Source of the DNA: Eubacteriales bacterium
Lineage (GTDB): Bacteria; Bacillota; Clostridia; Oscillospirales; CAG-272
Assembly (NCBI GenBank): GCA_045644125.1
Contig: JAZRGJ010000224.1
Span: 1-60,006, forward strand
Reading direction: 5' to 3'
Length of the DNA: 60,006 nt
How positions within the stretch are numbered: position 1 is the first letter of the stretch; each line of letters starts with the position of its first letter. Of the stretch, positions 1 to 9,054 are shown in pieces. Position numbers and translations under genes: made by a program. A model generated the notes under the pieces. It saw only the letters and a program-made list of their open reading frames with translations. It made no database searches and had not been told where the DNA came from.

Positions 1-80
1 AAATTCAAATTTTCTCTCGCGCGTGCGCTATGTAAGTCAGTAAGTAAGTTAGTTATAAGTTGTTTATTATGTTTATTATG

Positions 81-129
81 TCCGCCAAATTGGCGGAGCT
101 TCACCGCCAAAATGGCGGTGGGTTTTTGG
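81..129 (+). terminator. Twin GC hairpins plus T-run (intrinsic-terminator-like, REP-like palindromes)
   Basis: TCCGCCAAATTGGCGGA (81-97) and CACCGCCAAAATGGCGGTG (102-120) are perfect hairpins. The second is followed by GGTTTTTGG. They lie just beyond the thiT stop (140) on the opposite strand, so they may act bidirectionally. Confidence 0.45.
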
Positions 130-139
130 CGAAAAAAGC

Positions 140-958
140 TCACTTTCGGCCAATTTGGCGGTTGCGTATAAGGACGGCCGCCATGGAAGCTGCGAATACC
201 AAAAGAGCCGCCGCCGTAACGCAAGCAACCGCCGTCCAATTGACGCTTGAAAGAAGCCTTATATCAAACTCGCCCGACTCGGATTGGAGGCGAGAGAATA
301 TTGCAACCGTATCGAAAATAATGCCGAAAAGGAGCGAAATTCCCCCAAAAGCCACGAGCGCGGTATCGAGCTTTGACGTCCTTTCCCTTAAAGCTCTCGT
401 CGGAATTTCACGGCGGAAATCGATAACCGAGGCAAGATACGTGCCGACGAGGGCGAGAATAAGCGTGTCGGGTATCATATACGTCGCATTATAGGAAAGC
501 GAATAAAGAAGCGCCGCAGAATCGGGAATCGAGAGCCCCGCCCAAACGGTTGCGCCCGATATAACGTGGCATACGTATCTTAAAATTCCCGCAAAAACCG
601 CGCCCGAAAGAAAGGCGAGATTCTGCTTTTTGAAGCTTTTTCTGAATATTCCCGCAAGGCCGTAAACGGCAAAGGCGGCAACGTAGTCAAGAAATGCGAC
701 GGCGAGCACCGATTGCCAGGTCGTTACGTAGGAAAAGGCGGAAAGGCCGAGAAGCATTTGAACGAGAGATGCCGCAAAAGCGGAAGCGATACCCCACCCT
801 GCGCCGTGCCTATAAGCAACGACGACGATGGGAAGCATTGAGGCGAGAGTGATAGAGCCGCCTGCAGGAAGCGAGGCAAGCTGAATGAGAGATAAAACGC
901 TTGCGAAAGCAACCATGACTCCGCACTCCGTGAGCGCTAAAACCTTTGTTTTTTTCAT
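140..958 (-). CDS. thiT: ECF-transporter S component for thiamine (ThiT-like) with a C-terminal two-TM extension
   Basis: 272 aa from the ATG at 958, with an AAGGA RBS upstream. It is a polytopic membrane protein (ECGVMVAFASVLS, SITLASMLPIVVVAYRHG, several further TM segments). It sits directly downstream of a TPP riboswitch. The longer track ORF start (1018) would lie inside the riboswitch platform. Confidence 0.75.
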   Translation of the reverse strand: MKKTKVLALTECGVMVAFASVLSLIQLASLPAGGSITLASMLPIVVVAYRHGAGWGIASAFAASLVQMLLGLSAFSYVTTWQSVLAVAFLDYVAAFAVYGLAGIFRKSFKKQNLAFLSGAVFAGILRYVCHVISGATVWAGLSIPDSAALLYSLSYNATYMIPDTLILALVGTYLASVIDFRREIPTRALRERTSKLDTALVAFGGISLLFGIIFDTVAIFSRLQSESGEFDIRLLSSVNWTAVACVTAAALLVFAASMAAVLIRNRQIGRK

Positions 959-1055
959 TGAGTTTTTCCTTTCTTTAATCTGCCCTTTAAAAGCCTTGGA
1001 CGAAGTCAGCTTTCGCAAGAAAGCGCTTTAAGCTTCACGCAAAGCTTAGCGGGGC

Positions 1056-1198
1056 AACAAAAATACCGCACAGGATAGACATCCGTGCGGTAAAATAAGC
1101 TATGAAAAACTCACTTCTTCCTACGACGGCATTATCCGTATCAGGTTATAGGGTTTGGCAAAGCCATCTCAGCCACAAGAGCACCCCTGAATGAATAT
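1056..1198 (-). promoter_or_regulatory. TPP (THI-box) riboswitch with terminator expression platform
   Basis: The minus strand reads TCAGGGGTGCTCTTGTGGCTGAGATGGCTTTGCCAAACCCTATAACCTGATACGGATAATGCCGTCGTAGGAAG. This contains the conserved GGGGTGC, CTGAGA and ACCTGAT..GGATAATGCC..GGAA elements. It is followed by the hairpin ACCGCAC-N12-GTGCGGT plus ATTTTTGTT (1056-1091). Confidence 0.85.
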
Positions 1199-1274
1199 TC
1201 TGTTCGGTTAGACGTAAGAGAATCGATTTACGAAGCCTTACGACGATAGATTATAACACAAGGCGCACCCCGTG

Positions 1275-1892
1275 TCAAGCGTTTTTTTGAAAAATTATGA
1301 GAAGCGCGCCATCTTTTACGCTTATAGTGGGGGGCGTGTCACGAAATTGGTTGGAAACGCCGAGAGGAAAATCGGGCGACAGCTTCGCATTTTCAAGCTC
1401 GTACGCCGCATTTTTTATAGAAATTCCCCCAGCCTCACCGCCGAAAGCAAAGACGGAGAAATATTTTCCGCTCTCAGCCAAAGGAAGCGTTACCTCCCCG
1501 CAGGCGACGACTTTTACGTCCTCGCAAATTCCGACGAGAGTTGCCGCATAACCTTTTTTAGCTATAAAATAGAGCAAGCTGTAATTTGCGAAGCTGTGGT
1601 CGCATCTTCCGCCCATGCCGCCGTAAATCAAAAATTCACGGTAGCCGAGCCTCTCGCCCTCAAGGAATGCCAAATGCATATCCGTTTCGTCCTTTTCCGA
1701 CTTGAAGCGCAAGATTTCAACTCCGCTCGGCGAGTTTTCTATCGAATCAAGGTCGCCGACGAGAAGATTTGGGGTGATGCCTTGGCGCATCAATGAGTCG
1801 TAGCCGCCGTCTGCCGCTATGACGAAGTCCCCCTCTTTTATTTCGGGAAGCTTGGCGCACTCGCCAGCCCCAACTATGTAACAAATTCCCAT
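1275..1892 (-). CDS. thiN: Thiamine pyrophosphokinase
   Basis: Starts MGICYIVGAGE and contains VIAADGGYD and LLVGDLDSI, the typical TPK catalytic-domain motifs. The ATG at 1892 lies 1 nt after the upstream stop, with a GAGGAA RBS. Confidence 0.8.
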   Translation of the reverse strand: MGICYIVGAGECAKLPEIKEGDFVIAADGGYDSLMRQGITPNLLVGDLDSIENSPSGVEILRFKSEKDETDMHLAFLEGERLGYREFLIYGGMGGRCDHSFANYSLLYFIAKKGYAATLVGICEDVKVVACGEVTLPLAESGKYFSVFAFGGEAGGISIKNAAYELENAKLSPDFPLGVSNQFRDTPPTISVKDGALLIIFQKNA

Positions 1893-1893
1893 T

Positions 1894-3162
1894 TTAAGCT
1901 TCCTCTGAAAGCCCAAGCATTTCGTCAACCGCTCGCATAACGCCGAGCTTGCCGTAGTCGTAAGTCAAGCCGCCCTGCATAAATGCGGTGAAAGGCTCGG
2001 TTATCGGCCCGTCGCAGCTAAGCTCGTTTGTAGCTCCCGTAACGAAAGTTCCCGCCGCCATGATTTCTTCATGGGGGTAGCCGGGCATCTCACCGGGCTC
2101 GGGCACGCAATACGACTCTACGGGCGAGCCCATCTGAATACCCTTGCAGAATTTTATAAGCTTTTCCTTTGAGAAAAAGTCTATCGTTTGAACTATGTCG
2201 GTGCGCTTTTCGTCGTAGCGAGGGGATACGGAGTCAAATCCGCAAAGCTCGAGTATTCTTGCGGCGAACGCCATTGATTTCAAGGTCGCCGCAACTGCCG
2301 CAGGCGCCATAAAGAAGCCTTTGTAAAGGGATGCGAGCTGATTGAAGTTTGCGCCGAGAGTTTTGCCGACGCAAGGAGCTGTGAAGCGCTCCGCAATATC
2401 CTCGATAACGTCACGGCGGCCGACGCAATATGCGCCCGAAACGGCAAAGCCCGCGCCGAGATTTTTCATAAGAGAACCTACGAAAACGTCAGCTCCGACG
2501 TCCGTCGGCTCACGGTCCTCGGTAAATTCGCCGTAACAGTTGTCAACCATTATTATCGTTTCGGGGGACACTCTTTTAATAAGAGAACACGCCGCCTCGA
2601 TTTTATCTATAGTTAAGCTCTTGCGCCTTGAATAGCCGCGGCTTCTCTGTATTGCCGCAACACGCACGAAGCCCTCTTTAAGTCTTTTTTCAATAGCGTC
2701 AAGGTCGAAGTCGTCGCCAACAAGGTCGATTTCCTCGTATTTTACGCCGCATTTTATAAGCGAATTTCTGCTATCCCCCGCCGTTCCGATAACGCTGCGC
2801 AAGGTGTCGTATGGCTCGCCCGAAACGTAAAGGAGGGTGTCGCCGTATTTAAGAAGTCCGCCGAGAGTTACCGCAAGAGCGTGAGTGCCGGACATGAGCT
2901 GGGGGCGCACAAGGGCGTCCTCCGCGCCGAAAACACGGGCGTAAAGCTCTTCAAGCTTATCTCTTCCCGAGTCGGTGTAGCCATAGCCCGTAACCTCGAT
3001 AAAATCTGCGGTTGAAACACGACATTCCTGAAAAGCGGATAGCACCTTTGACGAGCATAAAAGCGCATTTTCGTCTATCTTTTTAAAGACCTCGCGGCAA
3101 TCCTCCTCCGCCCTTTCGGCAAGGCGCGCCGTATAGTCGCTAATTTTATATCCGTAGTACAT
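1894..3162 (-). CDS. PLP-dependent Met_gamma_lyase/aluminium-resistance family protein (YnbB-like)
   Basis: 422 aa. The segment VTGYGYTDSGRDKLEELYARVFGAEDALVRPQLMSGTHAL...GEPYDTLRSVIG matches the characteristic YnbB-family N-terminal signature. Confidence 0.75.
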   Translation of the reverse strand: MYYGYKISDYTARLAERAEEDCREVFKKIDENALLCSSKVLSAFQECRVSTADFIEVTGYGYTDSGRDKLEELYARVFGAEDALVRPQLMSGTHALAVTLGGLLKYGDTLLYVSGEPYDTLRSVIGTAGDSRNSLIKCGVKYEEIDLVGDDFDLDAIEKRLKEGFVRVAAIQRSRGYSRRKSLTIDKIEAACSLIKRVSPETIIMVDNCYGEFTEDREPTDVGADVFVGSLMKNLGAGFAVSGAYCVGRRDVIEDIAERFTAPCVGKTLGANFNQLASLYKGFFMAPAAVAATLKSMAFAARILELCGFDSVSPRYDEKRTDIVQTIDFFSKEKLIKFCKGIQMGSPVESYCVPEPGEMPGYPHEEIMAAGTFVTGATNELSCDGPITEPFTAFMQGGLTYDYGKLGVMRAVDEMLGLSEEA

Positions 3163-3177
3163 TTAAGTTTCCTTTCC

Positions 3178-3864
3178 TTATATATTTAAGAGAAGCTCGG
3201 GAAGCTCCGAGAGGTTTTTTATCTCGTAATCGGGTTTTACCGAGCCTGAAATTTCCTTATTTTTCGGGTTAAATAAGCAGGTTTTGATGCCCGCATTTTT
3301 GCCGCCCGTAACGTCCGAGGAGATACTGTCGCCGACGATTACGGTTTCGTCCTTTGAAAAGCCTTCGATACCGCCGAAAATTCTCTCGAAAAAGCGCTCG
3401 TCGGGCTTATTGAAGCCGACTATCTCCGAGATGAAAATACCGTCGAAATATTTCTCAATCGGCGAGGATTCTATTCTCGGAATCTGCACCGCCGCCGTTC
3501 CGTTTGAGGCAAGATAAAGCTTATATTTTCCGAAAAGCGCTTCGAGAAGCTCCTGCGCTCCGTCTATAAAATAATGCCCGACGGAAAGATTTTTTTCGTA
3601 AGACATACGAGCCGCAAGCGCATCGCAAGAAACGCCTATTTCGTCAAAAAGCATTTTAAAGCGCAAAACGAGAATCTGCTCGCGCGCCATTTCGCCAAGC
3701 TCGAGCTTTCGCCAAAGCGACGCGTTTATCTCGCTGTAGCGCGACGTGACAGCCTCGGTCGGCTCAACTCCCATTTCCGCAAGCGTTTTTGAAAGCGCAA
3801 TGCGCTCCGCCTTATGAAAATCGAAGATCGTATCGTCAAGGTCAAGAAGTACGTTTTTAATCAT
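3178..3864 (-). CDS. HAD-superfamily hydrolase, YjjG-like pyrimidine 5'-nucleotidase
   Basis: MIKNVLLDLDDTIFDF (HAD motif I DxDxT), SNG (motif II) and VGDSISSD (motif IV). The INASLWRKLELGE cap segment is typical of the YjjG subgroup. Confidence 0.7.
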   Translation of the reverse strand: MIKNVLLDLDDTIFDFHKAERIALSKTLAEMGVEPTEAVTSRYSEINASLWRKLELGEMAREQILVLRFKMLFDEIGVSCDALAARMSYEKNLSVGHYFIDGAQELLEALFGKYKLYLASNGTAAVQIPRIESSPIEKYFDGIFISEIVGFNKPDERFFERIFGGIEGFSKDETVIVGDSISSDVTGGKNAGIKTCLFNPKNKEISGSVKPDYEIKNLSELPELLLNI

Positions 3865-3893
3865 ATATACTCCTACTTTTTATTTACCCGTAT

Positions 3894-3922
3894 ATTTTAA
3901 CACAAAGCCGCCTTTATTGCAA
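3894..3922 (-). promoter_or_regulatory. Sigma-70-type promoter for the HAD/ynbB-like/thiN operon
   Basis: The minus strand reads TTGCAA-17 nt-TAAAAT, with a TGT extended -10, about 30 nt upstream of the AGGAG RBS and ATG at 3864. Confidence 0.55.
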
Positions 3923-3925
3923 GCC

Positions 3926-3967
3926 AAAAATTAAAAATATGCTCACGGTTTTTACGGTGAGCATATT
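3926..3967 (-). terminator. Intrinsic terminator of the LRR lipoprotein gene
   Basis: An 11-bp stem AATATGCTCAC/GTGAGCATATT (3936-3946 and 3957-3967). On the minus strand it is followed by TTTTAATTTTT. Confidence 0.8.
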
Positions 3968-3982
3968 TCGTCGGGTTATTTA

Positions 3983-6900
3983 TTACTGATTTGCCGCAAG
4001 AATAAATTCTACGACACTGCCCTCAGTGTTCCAATAGCTTGCGAGCTTTCCGGAGCTGAGCCACTCAACGTCGCCGCCGAGTTCAAAGTAAGTTACCTTG
4101 ATTACGAGCTTCAAGGACTCACGGAATGCGAAGTTAGCAACGGAAACCTTAGTCGTGATTTCAATGCTTGCAAGCTCTCTGCAATTTCTGAACGCCTCTT
4201 CGCCTATGTATTCAAGAGCGGCGGGAGCCGTGAAGCTTACGAGAGACGCGCATCCGTTGAATGCGGAGTCGCCGATTGAAGCGAGCTTTGAATCTACGGC
4301 AAAGATTACGCTTTCAAGAGCGGAGCAGCCCTGGAATGCGGAAGCGCCGATAGAGTTTATAGCGACGGGAACAGCGAAGCTCTTAAGCGCTACGCAGTTA
4401 AGGAATGCGTTTGCGGGGATTTCGGTAAGGAGCGAGCCGTCCTCAAAGGTGATAGCTTCAAGAGCGTCACAGTTATAGAATACGAATTCGCCAAGCGAGG
4501 AAAGGCTTGCGGGAAGAGCTATCGAAACGAGAGCGTCACAGTTCTTGAATGCGGAAGCGCCAAGGCTTACGAGAGCCGCATCAGCCGCCAAGCTTACGTT
4601 GACTTCACGGAGCGTAAAGCAATTTGCAAACGCAGAGTCGCCGATTGCAACAACAGACTTGGGAACGGTAAAGGATTCAAGGAAGAGACAGCTTTCGAAT
4701 GCGCCGCTTGAAATTTCGGAGAGGAGCGAGCCGTCACCGAAGCTTACCGAAGCGAGAGTCGAGCAATTCTTGAAACATTCCTCGGTAATTACGCTTACAC
4801 CGTCGGGAATTGCGATAGAGCGGAGATTTGCGCAATCCGCAAATGCGCGAGTACCGATGGATACGAGAGCGGATTCTTCGCCGAAGCTTACGGCGGCAAG
4901 GCTCTCAACACCCTCGAACGCATACGCTTCAATTGCGATTACGTAGTCGGGAATACTGATGGATTCCAAGGAGGTATTCTTAAATGCGTACTCCGAGATT
5001 ACAAAGCCCTCGGGAGCAAGCTCGCCTCTCTTGGGAAGAGTGAAGTTAAATTCCTTAAGAGATACGCAGTCTTCAAATACGCCGACTGCAACGCTTTCTA
5101 CTGAAAGAGGAAGCGTGAAGCTTTCAATGCCGGAATTCTTAAATGCGTACGCATCGATTGAAGTGAGCTTTGAGTCAGCGCCGAAGCTTACGCCCGTAAG
5201 AGCGGAGCAGCCCTGGAATGCGTTTCTGCCGATAACTTCAATCTCATCGGAAATTGCGATTTCGGAAAGTGAGATACAGCCGCTGAATATGCCGCCGCTT
5301 AACACCTTAACCGTGTCGGGAAGAGTGATATTTTCAAGAGATAAGCAATTCATGAAAGCGCCGTCTCTTATATCGGAAATAACGGAGCCGGTTTCGAAGC
5401 TTACCTCACGCACGCCGGACTCTGCGAATGCATTGTAGCCTATGTAGCTAAGCTTTGCGGGAACGGTGAAGCTTTCGAGCTTCGATGTTTTGAGGAACGC
5501 TCTGTCACCGATTTCGGTAATGTCGCTTGCGGAAATGTCAAGAGAAGTAAGGCTTGAAACGCCCTGGAATGCGTCGTTTGAGATGCCGCCGAAGCCTACG
5601 AGAACAACCTCTCTTACAGAGCTTCCGACGAATACGCCCTCGGAAAGAACGCCGTCGTTAGCATTTCCGTACGCGGAGAGCTTAACGCTTCTGAGGCTTG
5701 AGGGGATTGCGTCTTCAAATACGTAAGCGAGAGTCTTCGTGGAAACTTCCTTAGTCAAGGTTTCCGAAACGAGCTCGCCGTTTATTTCGACTTCAACCGT
5801 GTAGTTAACGGTGACGTAGTCGATTTCATCGTCGCCCGACATTGCCAAAGGCAATTCAAGGTAGGAAAGAGCCGAGCATCCGAGGAATGCGCCATTGCCG
5901 ATGCTAACGGTTGAGATAGGAAGCGTGATAGACTGAATATACTTGCAGTCAAGGAACGATGCGGGAGCAACGTATGCGCCGCCCGTTACGGTAACCGTCT
6001 TAAGACTCATGGGAGCTTCGCCGCCGAAAAGCGCTACGAAGGTTTTAACGTTATCTTCGGTAGCAATTATTTCAACGCCGTCAACGGTGATGGTTGCGCC
6101 AAGATTTGCAAGTCCTACGAAAGGAACGGTGAGGCTTTCAAGATACTCAAGTCCTTCAAATACACCCTCTGCTATCTGAGCGTCGTTAAGAAGCGTTATA
6201 TTCTTGATGCCTGCGGGAAGCGCGCCGCCGAAGATTTCTCTTGCGTCGTACTTATTTACGGTAAGGCTTTCAACAGCGGAGCAAGCCTCGAATGAGGATT
6301 CCATAGCCACGGTTGAAGAAGCAAGGCTTATTGCCTTAAGGCTTACGCAAGATGCGAAAGCGGATTTTTCTATAATGGAAAGATTTTCGTTAAAGCTTAC
6401 CGATTCAAGAGCGGAAGAAGCAAAGAATGCGCCCTCGCTTATAACGGAAAGATTGTCGGGCAACTCCAAGGAAACGATAGCCGAGCCGTAGAATGCGTTT
6501 TTGCCTATCGATTCAAGCTCGCCGTCTTTAACGAAAGCAAGCGCCGAAAGGCTGTCGTTTGAATAGAAAGCATACTCGTCAATTACGTTAAGAGATGCGG
6601 GGAAGCTTACGGATACAAGAGCGTCACAGTTTCTGAAAGCGGATTTGCCGACGTAGCTGAGAAGAGAATTTTCTTCAAAGCCGATGCAAGCGAGAGATTG
6701 GCAGTTTTCAAATGCGCCCTCGCCGACGGATTCAACGCCTGCGGGAATTACGATGCTCTCAAGAGACATACAGTTCTTAAATACGCCGTTGCCGATTGCG
6801 GAAATCTCAGCGCCGCTTGCGAATACGACGCTCTTAAGGCTTGACGCCGCATAGAAAGCGCCGTCGCCGATAATGCTGATGCTTGCGGGGAGGCTTACGT

Positions 6901-8725
6901 TAACCAAGGAAGTTCCCTCGAATGCCGCTGAGGAAATAACGGAAACTGCCGTGTCTTCAAGGTTTATCAAGTTAAGCCCGTCGCATCCGAGGAATGCGCC
7001 CTCGCCGATGATTTCAAGAGCGGCGGGAGCTTTGAAGCTTTCAATTGCGCAGCCTGCGAAAGCGAGCTTGCCAATCTCGGTGAGCTTTGCGTTTTCGGGG
7101 ATATAAACGTTTTTAAGGTTTTCAGCGGAGAAGAAAGCCTTCTCTGCGATAAGAGCGATGCTCTCGGGAAGATAAACGTCAACGACGCCCGCGCCTGCGA
7201 AAGCAGAGTTTGCAATGCTCGTTACGGGGAGCTGCTTATAAATTTCGGGAATAGCGACTACGTCGGCGGTACCGGTGTATCCCGTTACGTCGTAGCCCGC
7301 GCCGTTAAAGGTGAATTCGAGTCCGTCGCTTATTTCGACGAATTTAGCGTAGAGAACTATATCTTTACATTCGGTAATTTCAGTGATGGGATTCGTGAAA
7401 TCCTCATCGGTGTACCAAGAAATGAAGCACTTGTTATTAAAATAAAGGTTAGGAAGCTTTATGGGAAGAATGTCAACCGTGAAGCTTTCGATAAGAGCCT
7501 CGCCCTCGTGAAGCTTACCGTTGAAGTCGTAGTACGTTGCGGTGTAGCTATCCTTTTCCCAAACCGCAGAAAGCTCAAGAGAAGCGGTGTTGCCGGCTTC
7601 GATTGTCAGCTCGGAAACGGGCTCGGTCGATGCGCCGACGAGCCATCCTACGAACTTATAGCCGGGACGGGTGGGAGCTTTGATGGTGTATTCGTCGCTG
7701 ACAAGCGTCGTATAGAGGGGGTTTTCGGGAGAATTAACGCCGCCCTCGCCGAGATTGTACTTGATTTCATACTGAGTGGGAGCGAAGACTGCCGTCAAGG
7801 AAATGTTTCCGCTCGAGCCCTTTGCAACGCTGAAATCAAGAACGGGCGCGCCCTCGCCGCCGAGCTGCCAACCGAGGAAGTCGTAGTTAGCCTTCGTGAG
7901 CGCGGGGAGCGTGAAGCTCTCGGTTTCAATATTATATTTTACGGGAAGCTCTATCGCATCAGCGCCGGAAAGCTCGTAGCTTATGCCGTATTCAACGAGG
8001 CGCCAGTTAGCCGTGAGAGCGTAGTCGCCTGCGCTGCCCTTTGCGATAACGAGAGAGGTTTTGGGAGCGGATGCGCCCTCGTAAGTCCAGCCGATAAACT
8101 CATAGCCGACTTTTTCGGGGTTGGGGATAATCGCATCAGCCTCGGTCGTATATTCGGAAACCGAAGACCCAAGCTTGCCGCCCTGAAGATCGTAGCTTAT
8201 GCTATAGGTCAAAAGCTTCCAATGCGCAACGAGAGTTATATCATCCGCTACGACTCTGTTTTCAAATTTGTATTCTTCGCCAAGATAGAACCAACCTGCG
8301 AACTCGTAGCCTACCTTAACGGGATTTTCGGGTTTTGCAAGAACCGAGCCTTTCTGCACCTCAACGGACGTCGTGAAATTCGTTTTGTCGCCGCCCTTAA
8401 GGTCGAAGCTTACGGTTGCTTTATTCAAGCTGTCGTCTTTAACCCAGCTTGCGATAAGAAGCGTATCGCCCGTTATGGGAGTTGCGAAGTCCCAAAGAAC
8501 TCCGTCCTCCGTCGTCCAACCCGCAAAGTGATAACCCGAGCGAGTGGGGTTCTGGGGCGCGCTTATAGCGGTGCCCACGTTTACTGTTACGCTTGCAACG
8601 TTCGTTCCGCCGTCGGATTCAAAGTTGACGGTTGCGGTTTTTTTGCATGAAAAGAGCATCGTAACCGCCAGAACGAGAACGGCAAGAGTAAGCAAAAGGG
8701 ATAAAATTTTCTTGCTTGACTTCAT
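3983..8725 (-). CDS. Giant surface lipoprotein with Listeria-Bacteroides (Flg_new) repeats plus BspA-type leucine-rich repeats
   Basis: Starts at MKSSKKIL (ATG 8725, AGGAGG RBS) and has the lipobox LFSC. About 7 Flg_new-type repeats are present (GYHFAGW, GYEFAGW, GYEFIGW, NYDFLGW, GYKFVGW). More than 25 LRR_5-type units follow (I..xAFxxCxxLxSVxLPxS). Confidence 0.85.
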   Translation of the reverse strand: MKSSKKILSLLLTLAVLVLAVTMLFSCKKTATVNFESDGGTNVASVTVNVGTAISAPQNPTRSGYHFAGWTTEDGVLWDFATPITGDTLLIASWVKDDSLNKATVSFDLKGGDKTNFTTSVEVQKGSVLAKPENPVKVGYEFAGWFYLGEEYKFENRVVADDITLVAHWKLLTYSISYDLQGGKLGSSVSEYTTEADAIIPNPEKVGYEFIGWTYEGASAPKTSLVIAKGSAGDYALTANWRLVEYGISYELSGADAIELPVKYNIETESFTLPALTKANYDFLGWQLGGEGAPVLDFSVAKGSSGNISLTAVFAPTQYEIKYNLGEGGVNSPENPLYTTLVSDEYTIKAPTRPGYKFVGWLVGASTEPVSELTIEAGNTASLELSAVWEKDSYTATYYDFNGKLHEGEALIESFTVDILPIKLPNLYFNNKCFISWYTDEDFTNPITEITECKDIVLYAKFVEISDGLEFTFNGAGYDVTGYTGTADVVAIPEIYKQLPVTSIANSAFAGAGVVDVYLPESIALIAEKAFFSAENLKNVYIPENAKLTEIGKLAFAGCAIESFKAPAALEIIGEGAFLGCDGLNLINLEDTAVSVISSAAFEGTSLVNVSLPASISIIGDGAFYAASSLKSVVFASGAEISAIGNGVFKNCMSLESIVIPAGVESVGEGAFENCQSLACIGFEENSLLSYVGKSAFRNCDALVSVSFPASLNVIDEYAFYSNDSLSALAFVKDGELESIGKNAFYGSAIVSLELPDNLSVISEGAFFASSALESVSFNENLSIIEKSAFASCVSLKAISLASSTVAMESSFEACSAVESLTVNKYDAREIFGGALPAGIKNITLLNDAQIAEGVFEGLEYLESLTVPFVGLANLGATITVDGVEIIATEDNVKTFVALFGGEAPMSLKTVTVTGGAYVAPASFLDCKYIQSITLPISTVSIGNGAFLGCSALSYLELPLAMSGDDEIDYVTVNYTVEVEINGELVSETLTKEVSTKTLAYVFEDAIPSSLRSVKLSAYGNANDGVLSEGVFVGSSVREVVLVGFGGISNDAFQGVSSLTSLDISASDITEIGDRAFLKTSKLESFTVPAKLSYIGYNAFAESGVREVSFETGSVISDIRDGAFMNCLSLENITLPDTVKVLSGGIFSGCISLSEIAISDEIEVIGRNAFQGCSALTGVSFGADSKLTSIDAYAFKNSGIESFTLPLSVESVAVGVFEDCVSLKEFNFTLPKRGELAPEGFVISEYAFKNTSLESISIPDYVIAIEAYAFEGVESLAAVSFGEESALVSIGTRAFADCANLRSIAIPDGVSVITEECFKNCSTLASVSFGDGSLLSEISSGAFESCLFLESFTVPKSVVAIGDSAFANCFTLREVNVSLAADAALVSLGASAFKNCDALVSIALPASLSSLGEFVFYNCDALEAITFEDGSLLTEIPANAFLNCVALKSFAVPVAINSIGASAFQGCSALESVIFAVDSKLASIGDSAFNGCASLVSFTAPAALEYIGEEAFRNCRELASIEITTKVSVANFAFRESLKLVIKVTYFELGGDVEWLSSGKLASYWNTEGSVVEFILAANQ

Positions 8726-8777
8726 TTGTGCCTCCTGGTATTGTTCCCGAAAGAACATATATATTTTTATTTTTTAT

Positions 8778-8806
8778 AGTATAGCACACGCGCCCATGTT
8801 TTTCAA
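8778..8806 (-). promoter_or_regulatory. Sigma-70-type promoter of the LRR lipoprotein gene
   Basis: The minus strand reads TTGAAA-17 nt-TATACT, preceded by a TGC extended -10. This places the TSS near 8771, which favours the ATG at 8725 over the track start at 8758. Confidence 0.55.
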
Positions 8807-9054
8807 GACTTTTGCGCGCGATTTCCCCAAAGCTTTGCGATTTTTGACTTTTTACACAAAAGCGCGGCCGCTTTATTTGTTATTTTGCGAATAAAAATCT
8901 CGTGCGAGCGGTAAAATAAATATTTAAAATTTACAAAAAGTTAACAAAGTGTTATTTAGGATATAAAAGCCCGGAGCCTATTTTTTGAAAAAGCCCTTTT
9001 CTTCTTTAAAGAATTGTGATAGAATAGGGGAAAAGAGCGTTTGGAGGTAGCCTT

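Noticed and set aside
60-1796. Plus-strand ORFs 60-494 and 1272-1796
   Set aside because: They are antisense to thiT and the thiamine pyrophosphokinase gene, both of which have recognisable motifs and a riboswitch/operon context on the minus strand.
7508-8650. 380-aa plus-strand ORF, together with many 60-160-aa ORFs on both strands between 4.0 and 8.7 kb
   Set aside because: They lie entirely antisense to or inside the 1580-aa LRR lipoprotein gene. They have no RBS and their composition is an artefact of repeats. The minus-strand frame carries clear Flg_new and LRR motifs.
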